DNA of 57,392 nt, filler included, from Catajapyx aquilonaris (GCA_000934665.2; 2 parts of 2 records of this genome joined end to end with filler, not necessarily neighbours in it); one strand, 5' to 3'. Counted from the whole stretch's first letter, positions 17,971 through 31,114 are shown. Translations and numbers: made by a program. The notes: generated by a model not told the origin, from the letters alone.

Positions 17971-20900
17971 TTAATCTATGACCACAGTCTCATAACCAGG
18001 TTCCAAGAAAGTACGCTTCATTGCCTCATAACGTTGGATATGATCAAGTGATCCTGAAAAGTAATATGGTACTTTATTTGCACATGATCAGATGCACTAT
18101 ACAGGGTGGACCAACTTCAAGTGTCGTTTTATAACGGCGATTAATAGCAGTGGTTTTGCGATGACGTAGCAGCGACGTGTAAAATGTCCCACTTCGGCGC
18201 CATCAAAAATATTAGCTGCCAATAGCAGCACACATGTAATCAACCCTGCTGCTGGGTTGACCTGGAAAAAAGGATGTGCACACATGACCTGTGATGCGCC
18301 TGGCAGCCTTCTTTAAGGACTGCCAGATTGGCATTGGTGCTGCATGTGGTTGCACAGGGTCCATTACATGTGTGCTGCTATTGGCAGCTAATATTTTCGA
18401 TGGTGCCGAAGTGGGCCATTTTACATGTCACTGCTACGTCAATCATTAAGCGCTTCTATTAATAGCCGTTATAAAACGGCACTTGAAGTTGGTCCACCCT
18501 GTAATAGCAAGCAATCAATACTGAATTTACCATATGCTGCTGGCTGAGTCCTCTTTGGTTGAACTTCTGGTGGACTGGCAATAGCGACAGCTCTTGAAGT
18601 TAGTGGCTGCCAATCAAAATGACACTTGTTAAAAACTTCCAAAAAAGGAACAGCAAATACACGAACTCAAAAGGCAAACATTATCAAGAACATGATAGCA
18701 CCCCTCATGGTCTTATAAAGTCTGGGCACTCTACCCCTTTCTGCATGCTCCTAGCTGCTTCCCCCCTTCGTGTGTGTGTGCTGCTTGGTGCAGTCTCAAC
18801 CCGGGACCTTAGTGACAGTGGCAGTCCGGGCCTCAGAAGCAGTGCAAATAAGAGGCTTCAGGTGGTAGTTGTCTGCCAGAGGGACTGACACCGTAGCTAC
18901 TGGTACTTCAGGCAATATTAGCAGTAACTAAAGAATTACCTCGATAGTTTGAACCGTTTGAACACCCTGTATAGCAGGTGATGCAAAATACTTGTCCAAT
19001 TGCTCTGGCTATTTGTTGGCACCAATCGGACTATTTTTAGCAGTTACTTTTGCAGTTAATTTCAATTTGCATGATAATCTATAAATAATTGCCTATCTAA
19101 TTTTTTTCTCCTTAATCACATGCACCTCAAAACCATTCAACATGACTACTGCAGTAATTTCGCCTTTTGTGGGGTTGTCCAAGTCTTTGATCATAACAAA
19201 ATGTAAAAGTCCACACATCTTCATCACCAAAGAACGGATTTCTAGGTTTTTACCTACTTTTTCTTTTGTAGGCAGAACACCAGAACCAATCTATCCGTTT
19301 CATAACACAAGGACCTCAAAAATTGTAGTTTTATAAAACATAAAATTGCCTGTTGCAGACGTTGCTACCTAAGTGGCCTATTAGCCCCTATTTACGCCTT
19401 TTTGACGCAATTTCGTAATATTTTCGGCAGTTTTAATTGTTTTCCGTTCAAGTTATCCCTCCCACTTCAACCTGTGAATAACGAATAAGCTGTAGCCTAT
19501 AGACATGCCGGATGAACTGGCTGTACAAGACATTGAACTTTTCAAGTAAGATCCAGTTGCTTTGTAAGACATCGAAAGGTCATTTTTCAATGTATAAAGT
19601 CGTACTGTCACACAGGCATCAACAACAAATAGTAATTCAAAAACTACAATGTGGAACAACTGCTAATTTTTTACGGTGTTGCAAAATTACATGGCCAAGA
19701 GAAGGCTGTAATGTTGCATGGGACTGAAAATAAATTAGGACCTGCTTGATTTTTAGTGCCTATTTTAACTGTTTTCAGGATCTAAATGCCTACCTATTTG
19801 AGGGTTTTTAGAACCTAGAAATGTGTTCTTTGTTTATCACTTTCAAGTGTCCCCCAAAAATTGAGCAGGCTCTGTCATAGTATGGTACTAATTGAAGATT
19901 GAAGTTCAGTCCAATTGCAACATATTGGACTGAACTTGTTTTGGGAAATTGCTCTTCAATTGCAGAGTCATCACTCAGGTAACTGGATTGTAGGGTCACA
20001 TGCCAAATGTTGACACAAGAAATTACTGATTTTGCCAATGGGAAAGCGTGAGGAATGACAGATGCAATTTTTGTCCAAAGGTGAGAGAGCATGACAAATA
20101 CCTGCAAATCACTGTCATCATCTGAGATTTCAATACATTCTATTTCCGGACACTGAAGCACTGCTGGTCTCCGCACCAATGGCTTGCAGTCATCTGGTAT
20201 GGGAATCACTATTTTCTTCACTATCTCTGGATTTTCAGTAGCAGGTCCAGAGGGGCCTCCATTCACCACACTGTCCAAAGTCAGGGTGGTACTGGGTACC
20301 CTCTGCAATGGTACTGCTGAGCTAGATGGTATGTTTATGTCTCCTTTGACAATAGGGAACACAGGAATTTCTTCCCCAGAAGGTCCGACAACTCCTGCAG
20401 CAGTGATTGCCACGACCGGAATGTTCTCCCCAAATGAAGTGCAAACTATTCTTTCAAGTGGCTGCACCACACTGACAACATCCACATCTGAATCACAGTC
20501 TTCCATTGATTGCATTGTGGAGATGATAGGTGAGGGAGGAGGAGAAGGAGAAGAAGATAGAGAAGGCCAGATATCTGCTCTCTGTAAACGAGGAGGGCTA
20601 ATATCTGACAAGGTGTTGCTGCAACTGCTTGGTAATGTCAAAACCGGTGGTTCCTCATCCTCAAACACATCTGTCTCTCTTCGAATGCGCTTCTGGCTAC
20701 CATTCTTCTTCTTCTTCGCTACAACATAACAGCAAAAAAGTCATTCATTAAAAACATTACATTTTGAACAAGATTGGGGTGACAAGGCAGAAGGAATATT
20801 CAACCTAGCACTTGTGCTACCAATTTAAAATCCTACTTCCCTGCTAATTTCCAGACAAACATGGGAGGGGGTAAAATTCCATTATGTGACAAAAGTACCG

Positions 20901-21522
20901 GTACAGTATTTGTCTAAGTTCTCCATCAAGTTATATTTACATATATTTTTAGCATGCAGTTGGAACTACCTTCCAGGCTGTCACATCAATGTGCACCAAT
21001 TCCAAATGCTGCTTTGCTTTGTCACCTGACTCACTTGTTTTACATAGAGCTAGTTGTGGCTTACTTCATTGCTGTCAGACCAGACACAAATGAGGCGATA
21101 GTATGGCAATGTTGGGGAAAAATGTTGTGTGAACAAGATGCCCATGATCTGTGTATAGCAATGCCTGAATCTTCCCACTTATTGTCCATAATACCTATGC
21201 TACCTATGCAACTCGGCAGCCAAGCGGGAGGTCCAGGTTCAAATCCTGTCCCCGTCAACTCTCTGCTTGGTTGGGTCTTATTTCGCTTTTCACCCGACAT
21301 GTCCGGGCAGACTCGCACTCCCTACTCTGCCAGGGCCAGGATTAAAGGTCTGGTACTCTGAGGGTCTGCAATGACTAGAAACTACTTAAGACCGCTCTCC
21401 CTTGGGAACTAGACCTTCCCCACATGCCCGTGGACCAGCACATTGTGACGAAAACATGTGTGTATGTAAACATTCCAAAAATAAATAAAGGTCCTTGCAA
21501 TACCGAGGTCAGCACTACCCAA

Positions 21523-21569
<47 letters not shown>

Positions 21570-24500
21570 GAAAACATTACGTGTCCATTTAACCAATTTT
21601 AAAGGTCCTGTTTAAACAGAGGCAATGTGAGTCACCAGGTGCCAAAAAAAAAAAAAAAAACGTCTCAGGTGTCAAGCAGGCAAAGCCTAGAGCTCGGAGC
21701 AGTCCGCCCAGCCAATTAGGAGCAAGGCCACTTTCACGGCCGCAATGGTGCTGGGGGAGTTTGCCTACCCTTCACAAATCGTTCTGATTTCCTCCCCGGC
21801 AAAAAGTAAGTTGCAGAATTTCGGGAATTCTTTAATGGTTTTCAGCTGCACGTCCACTTACCAGGAAATATGCGGCAGGGAGCTATGGGTATTTAAATTC
21901 GTGCAGTAAATGTTTGTTTACAATGAATGAGACCTTTGGCCTATGACATAGTGGTGGAAATACTCATGAACATAGCATTAGGTAACTCTTCTAGTTTCTA
22001 TGGTGAAAAGAAATTTCCGTCAGGGTTATACTAGTGAATTTAAAAAATGTTTTGTTTGGTCGTATTATAATACAACCTAAATGGCCATGGGAGACAAAGG
22101 GTTAATAAATGTTTCATCATCCATGTTGGGACTCAACTCAGCAGTTGACTGGAACAGCAATTGAAATAATATTGCTTCTCAGCAACATTTTGCCCTGATA
22201 TCACCATGCTCCTGTCTCGTTTGTGTCCAGTGTTAGAAAGGACGGTTCATCCACAACATTTGGTAGGAGAAGAAATTTGTGAGTGGTGGTTTACCATGAC
22301 TGAAATGGCTCAATTAAAGAGGTTGTAATGAATTTTTTGTTGTTGCTTTTCACATGACTTCAAAATGTTTTTCTTCTCTGGGAATTTCTGTCTCATCAGA
22401 TCTGTGTTCAGAGGGCTGCTGTAGGACATCCACAGCTTGACTTCTTTTAACTGCATAAAACGTGGCACAATGACTGTCAGCCACAACAACAATAATCTGC
22501 AGCAAAAATCATTCTAACAACATATGAAAATCAAACACCCATTGGGCACCTTCACAAGCAAGAGTTCAGAGCAATAAAATGACCCCTCCCAGAATAATTT
22601 TTTCCTCAGAGCACTACAATATTTGGTGCAAATTGTTCATAATAACATAAGTTGAAAAAGTGAAACACAGTTGTGTCTCATATACGAGGGGTGTTCGGAA
22701 AGTCCCGGACAACTGCTCACAGTCAACAACTGTCAACAATGTCCTCAAAACGGCGTCTTCGAAATTTTTTTTTCCATGGATCTGGGTTTGGGTGCTTCCA
22801 CACCCACCGTACTCCCCTGGCCTGGCCCCCAGCGACTTTCACCTCTTCAGATCCATGGAAAAATCCCTTCACCGATGCCATTTCGAGGACACTGTTGAAC
22901 AGGAAGCAGTTGTCTGGGGGTGGGTACACAGCACCTCCAAAGAGTGGTTCCTGGAGGGCCTGGAGAGGTTGTCACACCCATGGTGTCACTGTATTCAGCT
23001 CCAGGAGGATTCTGTCGATAATGTGTGCCTATCTGCCGACCTGCATTTGTGGGCCCTGTATTTGTGGCAAAAAAATAAAGTGAAATAAAGACTTTCCAAA
23101 CGCCCCTCGTATTTGGATATTGGAAATATTCATATTTAAAGTGCTCAATTTTGCCATTTGTCCACTTTTAAATCACAACATGTGGTGCTAGGAACATCTG
23201 GATTTTCAAGATGCATATTGTTCATTAAAACTGGAAGTAATGATATTAATGTGTCCAAAATCAGATCCTACCTTGTTTCAATCCATTTGAACCTGAATAA
23301 TAAGTGTTGAAAATTTCATTAAATATCATTTTTAGTGAACAATATGCCATTTAAAACTCGAATGTCATCTACAATAATTGCATGACAAATTAAAATAAAT
23401 ATTCTATAATTCTTCAAGAGCCCCTGTTGTGATTTTAAACTGGAAGAATTGAAAAACCAGCACTAGAAAATGAATATTGTTTTCAATACAGGATTCCACA
23501 GAACAAAACTGAGTTTAACTTTTCAACTTATATTATTACGAAACAACTTTCACTAAAAAAATTGTGGTGGTCGGAGGAATAAATAATACTAGAAGGGATC
23601 GTTTATCGAGAAAGCCGCCTCCCAAATTGTAAACAGAAACATGGTCTTACAGTTTTTTCATTATCCCCTTTCAATGTACAGTTGAATCTGGATATAACAA
23701 ACTTCAAGGGACTGCGGAAATCAGTCTGTTATAACCAAGGTATGTTAAAGCTGAATACACAAACCATATATGGAAATATGCCGGGACTGGCCTTTTGAGT
23801 ATGTTATAATGGAAAATCTGTTATGCCTGAGGCTGTTATATCCGAATTCAACTGTAATAGAACCTTATGAAGCCAACACTGGCTCAATAACTTTGTGCTG
23901 TGCACCAAGGTCAGTCTAACTATTTATATTACCAGAGATGTACCTGTACAGTCCAGCTATATGTGGATCGCACATCCCGCTATGGTTTACACACCCAGGA
24001 CAGCTTTCCACCCATGCTCTGCTTCTCTACATTTCATGACTCAATTCACTTCCTTGTAGTTGTGTCTCGAAACACTAAGCTGATATAAAAATAATAAGCT
24101 TCTGTTTCTGTATTGGCATCTGGTTGCTTCATACACTGGTCAAGTAATCTAAACCTTGCCACAACATAAGCTCATGCTTCACTACTTCTTTAACTCCCAT
24201 CATCTTTTGGTGGGGAGGGCTGTAGCATTAAAACAGACTTTACAGGTACCTTTTGATGTGATTGGACGACACTCATTGCACTGCCAATCACGTGTCCAGC
24301 ATTTTAGTTTTCCACACTTCACATGTATTCCAGAGGAGCCACATGTGGAACACAGGATCAGTTGCCAGTTTCTGTAACACAATTGTAAATTCTATGACTC
24401 AAATGATCAGAAAGACAGCTTTATCCTACAATAGGATTTGTCAGGCACATTATAAGTGTGTGTCCACCAAAATGGTAAATGATTTTTTTTGGGGTCAGGA

Positions 24501-27500
24501 GATGGCTAACCTCATTGAAGGGAAGGACTTTAGAATAGGATATCTAATCTCCTGTTGCTAACGTGTGTATAACAACTACCGATAGTTATTTTGATCTATT
24601 TTACCCTTGCCTGACCTAACCTCCCAAACTTAATGGATGCACAAGGACAAGATCATTTTAATCCAGTTTAACCTGACCAAGCCTAACCCCCCAAGGCTAA
24701 TGGACCTATTACTATGCAGTTGTTTTAAATGTACTAGCCTTTCCAAACCAACATTCAAGAAGAAATACACACAACAAATTGACCCATACCTTAACTAAAT
24801 ACAGCTATTGCTACGTGTGTAACCTGCTTTAACCCTCTACTACATTTTTATGATCCCTAATATTCTAAGGACAAAAACGGAAGCACATTCTGCAAATGCC
24901 CACAGTCATGCCTGGCAATAGCTCATTCATAGTGAGTAAGTCTCACAGCCATGGCAGGTTCAAATCCTTATAACTCTTTGATAGAGAACAAAAAGTCAAA
25001 GTACAGTAAAACTTCTATAAGTGAATCTCCATGGGACTGGAAAAAAACTTCGAGTTATAGAAGATTCAAGTTAGAGAAGTTTGGATTTTTTAAAGCACAT
25101 AACTCTATAAGGAAGCCTACCTTTATATCCAGCGATGAAAGGTGATCAAAACTTAAAAATAACCTATCACACTTACAATGATCCTCATTGTTTTGTTGCA
25201 AGAGAAATCTCTGTTACAGACATTTGCCTACTCTTAAGATTCAAGGATTCAATTGTCACAATCGAGTCTAACACTTCTTTCGGTACGTCTGGTAGAACGA
25301 GATCAAGAATTTGAGCCTTTCTGTACATGTGGCCTACTCTAGACCCTTCGACTGGGAAATGAATTTTTTTTTCTCCATACTGTCCAACATGAACTTCAAC
25401 TTAGGGAGACTGAAAATGCATTGATATCCCATCGTAAGGCCCTGCCAGCACTTCGACTTGGCGAAGTTCGACTTATAGAAGTTTTACTGTATTTCGCAGA
25501 CTCTTACGCCACAGCTACTACATCGAGCTCAGTGCTCAGTGGTACTCAATGTGAACCGAGCATTGGGCAAACCACCCCATCTGGCATCCACATTGGGTGG
25601 GGATTCCCAGGCGCCCCAACTAAAGTGTAGCCCAGTGAAGTTCTAAGGTGTTTGGTTTTTAGCAGCAGAGAGACATGATTGTAGGTGTAACTTCACACAA
25701 TCCTGATGAATCAGTTTGCCAAGTGGTATCCTATGTACGTCTGAACATGTGTCGCACACTATTTTGTGAATGCCAGTCATGTCTTCTTGGTGATCCCAAA
25801 ATGATGACGAATAAATGAACATGCACCATGACTCCTGACACACAACCAGAAACAGCGGTGCCTCGAAGTGTCCAGAAGCTTTGAGATACTGTAAAAAATT
25901 TCATAACAGGTGGCAAAAGTTGTCATAGCAATCTTCACAGTGGACAATGCTACTTGGCAAACTCACTCATTATTTTAATTTCTAATTTTTTTATTTATTT
26001 TACCCCGTGATAGACCTACAAGGCCCTGTTGGGGGGTGGTACACCACCATCAATTTTCTCGTCCTATTTTCTTTCCTCCTCCGGTGCATGGGGACAGGAT
26101 AGGGATAATGAGGGGGGGACACTTGCAAGTTGGTGCAAGTTGGGGGTCATGTGCAGTCCCCCAGGGGGTCAGGTTGCAAGACAACTCCCCTAGGTGCGGG
26201 TCAGAAACTCCCCACCGACACCGCACCTCCTCCAGGGCAGGGAAAGGAAGGAAGCGGCTGTGGCCTATTTTACAGTACGATCCTGGAATTTTTCCTGGGT
26301 CGACCTTGGAAAACCACAGAAAACCAAGGTCAGGACCGCCGGCCTCCGAGACTCAAACCCAGGACCTCCCGATTAGCAGTCGGATACCATATCCACTCCA
26401 CCACTACTGCTTCGGTAAACTGACTCAGTAGGATTGTGTGCAGTGACACCTACAAGTGCCTCTGTCTACTTTTCAAGGTAGCCTAGTAATTGGTGAATTC
26501 AGGGAACTTTTTGATCCTACTGATATTATGCAGATTTTACAAACTGCTTTCACTTATCAATCCCAGTGCAAAGAACGGCCCCCCTGCTAGTTGATACAGA
26601 TTGGTGAAATGGTGAAATGTGCCTTTGTTTGGGGGNGGTGTTCACATGGTGCAAATACATGGCGATTCTTCTGAAACCGAACCCAAACATTTCTCAATAA
26701 CTTTTTAATTATTGTATGGTTCTCAATGAAAATTGGCATGTACTATATTGCTCCAAAAGATGGAGATGATTTTGCATTCAGTTGCAATGCAAAATCATCT
26801 CTACCTTTTTGAGCGATATAGTACTTACCTTGTATGATGCCAAACAAGGTCTGCCTAGAGAGTATGCTGAAAATGGTCCCCTCCAGCATCCAAATTTTTT
26901 TGAATGCAAGTCTGCATAATGGGGTATTTATGTGCTAATGTGACATCATAACGGCACCAAATTCCCGGCGTATCGGGGCTAGAGGGCTTCAATTGTTCTG
27001 GGCTTAATCCTGTATATGATGTGCAGCTCTGCAGTAAACCCCACAAGAATAAATCAGGTCTGGCCCCCTCAACCCACTTCAGCTCTCCGAGGCCGAGCAG
27101 GTGTACCTGGCTTCCCCGCTCCCCTCTGCATAGCCCTGTATACGCCAGTATGCAGACTCGCTTTCAAAAATTCTTGATGCTGGAGGGGACAATTACCAGC
27201 ATATGCTTTAGGCAGACCTTGTTTGGCATCATACAATCAATCATTTATTTACCTCCCTGCCTCATTTCGCAGGGAGGGACACATCAGAATATCATGTAAC
27301 AAGGAATAATACAAAACAAGGAATTATACATAGCTTTCTCAGTAGTGGAAGTAATATTTCAGATTATACCTGTGTAATTCACCTTAACAATTTGGCATCA
27401 TACAAGGTAAGTACATGTCAATTTTCATTGAGAACCATACAATAATTAAAAAGTTATTGAGGAATGTTTGGGTTCTGTTTCGGGAGAAACACCCTATATA

Positions 27501-27957
27501 TTGGATGGTGTCCCATGTATCACTGACTGACAGCTAGGGACAGCTCCTGACCCAATCCATCCTTTTTCTGCTACAGTACCTTCAAAAATATCTTAAAACT
27601 TAACAATCGCACTTTGTAGAATATAATACAGATTACTAATCATTATTGTCATTCCAAAACTTACGTGCCGTCTGCATTAAATTTCCGCCCCATTGGGCAG
27701 GAGCACCTGGTTGCGTCACATGTGTCATAACGTTGTAGAAGCTCTTGAAATGCATTAGGTTCCAATTCCCATGCTGCATCCCTAAAAAATTAATTGCCAA
27801 CAGTAATTTTGTCACAGAACTAAGGGTGTAGAGTTTAAGTCTCATCCTACTGTTCTGGAATGTAGATACCAAATGCCATCATTTCCTCTTGGAAGGCATC
27901 TGTGTTGTTGCACAGTGGGCATTTGAAGGAATTCTTCCCACAGCTGTGGGCCAACCT
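17971..27957 (-). CDS. G2E3/PHF7 (pineapple-eye-like) PHD/RING zinc-finger protein, 5'-partial, no HECT domain seen
   Basis: Exons 27851-27957 ([25 protein letters not shown]), 27665-27781 ([28 protein letters not shown]), 24250-24371 ([18 protein letters not shown]...WQCNEC) and 20102-20718 are phase-compatible GT-AG. Exons 18531-18606 and 17971-18053 (ending ETVVID*) are less certain. Confidence 0.8.
18102..18501. mobile_element. CAGGGTG-type MITE
   Basis: TA|CAGGGTGGACCAACTTCAAGTG...CACTTGAAGTTGGTCCACCCTG|TA; TIRs of ~140 bp. Confidence 0.88.
19228..19832 (+). mobile_element. Non-autonomous hAT element with transposase C-terminal remnant
   Basis: TIR CAAAGAACGGATTTCTAGGTT; 8-bp TSD TTCATCAC/TTTATCAC. 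19502-19625 reads [37 protein letters not shown], like the hAT dimerisation motif xVERSFSxYK. Confidence 0.75.
21211..21568 (+). mobile_element. tRNA-derived SINE (family A, 5'-truncated) with (TAT)n tail
   Basis: B box GGTTCAAATCC at ~21236; body matches the copy at 42086-42320; (TAT)n tail. Confidence 0.8.
22685..23109 (+). mobile_element. Internally deleted mariner with TIRs, nested in an older palindrome (~22640-23545)
   Basis: TA|CGAGGGGTGTTCGGAAAGTC...GACTTTCCAAACGCCCCTCG|TA; encodes [23 protein letters not shown]. Confidence 0.9.
23679..23854. mobile_element. pogo/Tigger-like MITE
   Basis: TA|CAGTTGAATCTGGATATAAC...GTTATATCCGAATTCAACTG|TA. Confidence 0.82.
25004..25489. mobile_element. 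pogo/Tigger-like MITE
   Basis: TA|CAGTAAAACTTCTATAAGT...ACTTATAGAAGTTTTACTG|TA. Confidence 0.85.
25973..26416 (-). mobile_element. tRNA-derived SINE (family B)
   Basis: Reverse complement matches 48389-48676 (ACCGAAGCAGT...GACTGCTAATCGGGA...GGTTTTCTGTGG...GCCGCTTCCTTCC); imperfect TSD AAACTCACTCATTA/AAACTGACTCAGTA. Confidence 0.82.
26658..27496. mobile_element. CAGGGTG-type fold-back element
   Basis: Inverted arms CCCAAACATTTCTCAATAACTTTTTAATTATTGTATGG at both ends, plus an inner inverted pair; a second copy starts at 28565 and runs into the gap. Confidence 0.8.
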
Positions 27958-28659
27958 CTGTGAGTGAAAAAAAAATTGAAATCAACATGTACGTAAATAA
28001 CAACAAGCAATCCTCCTGTCCATTACCCTTTCAAAAAATATAAAGTTTTGGAGGTCTAATGGAAGTTGTTTCTAAATATCCAGGAATGTGATCCATGTTG
28101 AACATAAAGAAAACCCTGGACTCATAGTTTGAAACAGGTTGAAAGTAGGTATCCCATTTAAATCTGACAAAAACTGCAATAGCTGCAAACAAATTAGGCA
28201 AGCTCACTTCAACTGCATTTGGAGGTTGTATTACAGTGTACAAATACTGAACCACCTTTCAGCCTGCATTACGAGGTTGATTCCAGACAAATGAAGACAG
28301 AATAATGGGTTTTGAGAATTTAGAAGATAAATGAGAGAATTTTAAGTTGTGCATATGCAGGGTATGTCTGCCCAAGATGATGATCAAAAAGGAGGAGGAG
28401 GAGGAGGGGGGGCATGGGGCATGGGAAAGAGTTGCTGGATTATTCACCCATGCTGTCCATTTCAAAGATGTAGTCACCTCAACTGGCACACAAATTGGAT
28501 GAATATTGTTGCATCAGAAAATTCAAGTCATACAGTCATGAGAAAGCCTGATTCTAGCAAGGTACAGGGTGATTCTCTCGAATGGAAACCCAAACATTCC
28601 TCAATAACTTTTTAACTATGGTATGGTTCCCGGTGAAAATTGACATGTACTTACCTTGT

Positions 28660-28759
28660 NNNNNNNNNNNNNNNNNNNNNNNNNNNNNNNNNNNNNNNNN
28701 NNNTTAATTAATTAANNNNNNNNNNNNNNNNNNNNNNNNNNNNNNNNNNNNNNNNNNNN
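28660..28759. other. Assembly gap with artificial six-frame-stop spacer
   Basis: 44 N + TTAATTAATTAA + 44 N. Confidence 0.97.
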
Positions 28760-28954
28760 CCCCCTGCCGTTACGCCACTGATAGAATTAGCAAAGCAGTG
28801 CATAATAATTTTAAATAAATTAATAAAAAATTAATAAATAATTTTTCAATATATCTAGTGCAGAGCCCAAAAATTTTGCGCCCCTAAAACTCGCGCGCCC
28901 CAAGCCCGGGCTTGTTGGGCTTGTTGGTTAATGCAGCACTGGACAATTGCCATG

Positions 28955-29333
28955 TAGACTGATAGTACTCATAAAACTAATATAGGGATGTGCAATTAGT
29001 TTTGGGCTCCGTTTCATAGTTAATGCGTATGGCGCCGTCAAAGTTTCGTGATGTCACATCCATTCCGCCAGCTTCGAAGAAACAAAAGTCAGTTCGAGGG
29101 CCTCCGGTCCCTTGCCTGGGTCCCCTAACGCATCGTCCATGTGATAAAAAGTGATCAAATCCTGTCAGAGTAAGAATCCGGGTACGACACCCATGCACTT
29201 TGTCGTTTTTGCCTCATATTCCACCATCTGGCCCACTACACTTTAAGGGAGCTGTACGCATTAACTACGCAACGGAGCCAAAAACTAATATATTGCACAT
29301 CCCTATATTAGTTTTGCGAGTACTATCAGTCTA
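28955..29333. mobile_element. TIR element with TAG termini (Academ-like)
   Basis: TAGACTGATAGTACTC...GAGTACTATCAGTCTA, TIRs of ~80 bp, flanks CATG/CCTG. Confidence 0.7.
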
Positions 29334-29832
29334 CCTGGCGATTGTCTGCGAGTTTCCCTTCGCCCTGTATATTCACAGGCAGTGCCATCCATTCGGCTTA
29401 AAACTCTTTTAGAAGCTGCCCTATGCAAATGGACTACTGTACCCCGATGCCTGGGGCACAGTGGTCCGCAAGTGATTGGGACCCCTAATTCACACAAGAA
29501 GTATATTTTATTTTTTATCCTACATCTAACCCCTCTAAATATAAAAGGGACTTCTGTTACTGCAACCTGCGGACACAAGTGAAACAGTGTCTCTCTGCGG
29601 AAAATAGACCTTGTCCTGCCACATCCTTTGGCGCATGAACTTTATTTCATACTAGTGTCTATCAAAACCATTAGCATATAAACCTACAATGACATTAATT
29701 GCTGTACAGAGGCAAAAGGGGGCAAGGTCGTCCACAAAGAGGTGCACACTGGTCCATGGACCGCCACTGCCCCAGAGGGCAGCAACTGACATGATGTTGT
29801 GAATCTAGCTTCCATTGCAAATGATACTTTCC

Positions 29833-30336
29833 AAAGGATGAGGCACAAAATATATGGGCGAGTGGCCTTCCGTTCGATTTGCCTGAAAATTGGATATGTT
29901 GTGGCCCAGACCATCCTGATCAATGTTAGATCATTTCGAGGTAGGACCTACAGGGAGGGTGCTAATTGCTATTCATCGACGAGGCTAGAAGACTGCTGTG
30001 AGAGAAACCTCGCTTCCTTACATTGACCCAATGAATGTTGAAGTGCAGCTGGAGGAAACTCCAGATGACAACCTTCAAGGAGTAGAATTTGAACCAGATG
30101 AATAGGTAATAAGGATTAATAGATAATTTAATGCAATAACCATTGAGTTCCTGAGACTTATTGTAGTCTACTACTCCCCCTATTACCTGCGGAGATCATT
30201 AGCATGCTCCCTGTAGGTCCCACCTCGAAATGTCCCTATCCAACATTGATCAGGATGGTCTGGGCCACAACATATCCCATTTTCAGGCAAATCGAACGGA
30301 AGGCCACTGGCCCATATATTTTGTGCCGCCTCCTTT
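29833..30336. repeat. ~125-bp inverted repeat pair with ~250-bp spacer
   Basis: GGCACAAAATATATGGGC...GGACCTACAGGGAG pairs with CTCCCTGTAGGTCC...GCCCATATATTTTGTGCC. Confidence 0.8.
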
Positions 30337-31114
30337 CTAGCATTTATGGACAAAGGATGACACTATTCAACAACATTTTTACATCAGGGTCATGCCCAGC
30401 ATCTATGCCTGGCACGGCATTTAAACTGGGTTAGAAGTAACTTCACTACCCTTCAAGTAGATTTCCCCTGATACAGCAGGATCGCAGGCATCTCACATGT
30501 GGCTGTCATGTTGGCAGGATGCACAATAGTGACTTGTTTCACGAGGTACCAGATGAAGATATCATTCCGGTTCTTATATTTTTTAAATAGAAAGGACCAC
30601 TGTGCCCCAATCTCCCATACTTGTGGTAAGAGATGACAGTTCCAAGAATTATTGGGGGGTAAATAAAATATGGGAAAATCCTAGTTCCAAATGAGAATGG
30701 CATTCCATATGCTGGGATGGTGGCAAAAAAAAAATTCTGGGGGTGAAACTGGAGTGTTTCCCCACGAAGTGATGTGGTTTCTGCATAGCCTTTTCAGTTT
30801 TCTTGCTCTAGAAAAATCAAACTTTTCTAAGCATACCATGCTTGCAAAAATTAGCCCAAAATTTTTGCTGTTGTTGGAATTTTTCATCCCTTTAAAAAAG
30901 AAACTGGTTGACATTGATCTTCTAATAATTGAAGCACCCATTATGGAAACACCCCAATTCCAACTGTCTGGGCATGGAGTTGGGGTGTTTCCATAATGGG
31001 TGCTTCAATTTGAACATTGACAGCTTCCCCCTGCCAAACATCCTATTTGGGTAGGAGTACTTTGATGTAAAAATGTTTGTACATGTATATAGTATAGCTA
31101 TTTGAACCTTTCAG

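Noticed and set aside
20184..20729. 181-aa plus-strand ORF
   Set aside because: Antisense shadow of the G2E3-like exon.
21522..21568. Poly-Tyr ORFs (also near 32078)
   Set aside because: Translations of (TAT)n and (TAG)n microsatellites.
25643..25889. Cys-containing minus-strand frame after a good acceptor within the G2E3-like intron
   Set aside because: Its open frame is phase-incompatible with the upstream exon and shows no recognisable homology.
28704..28715. TTAATTAATTAA island inside Ns
   Set aside because: Artificial scaffolding spacer, not biological.
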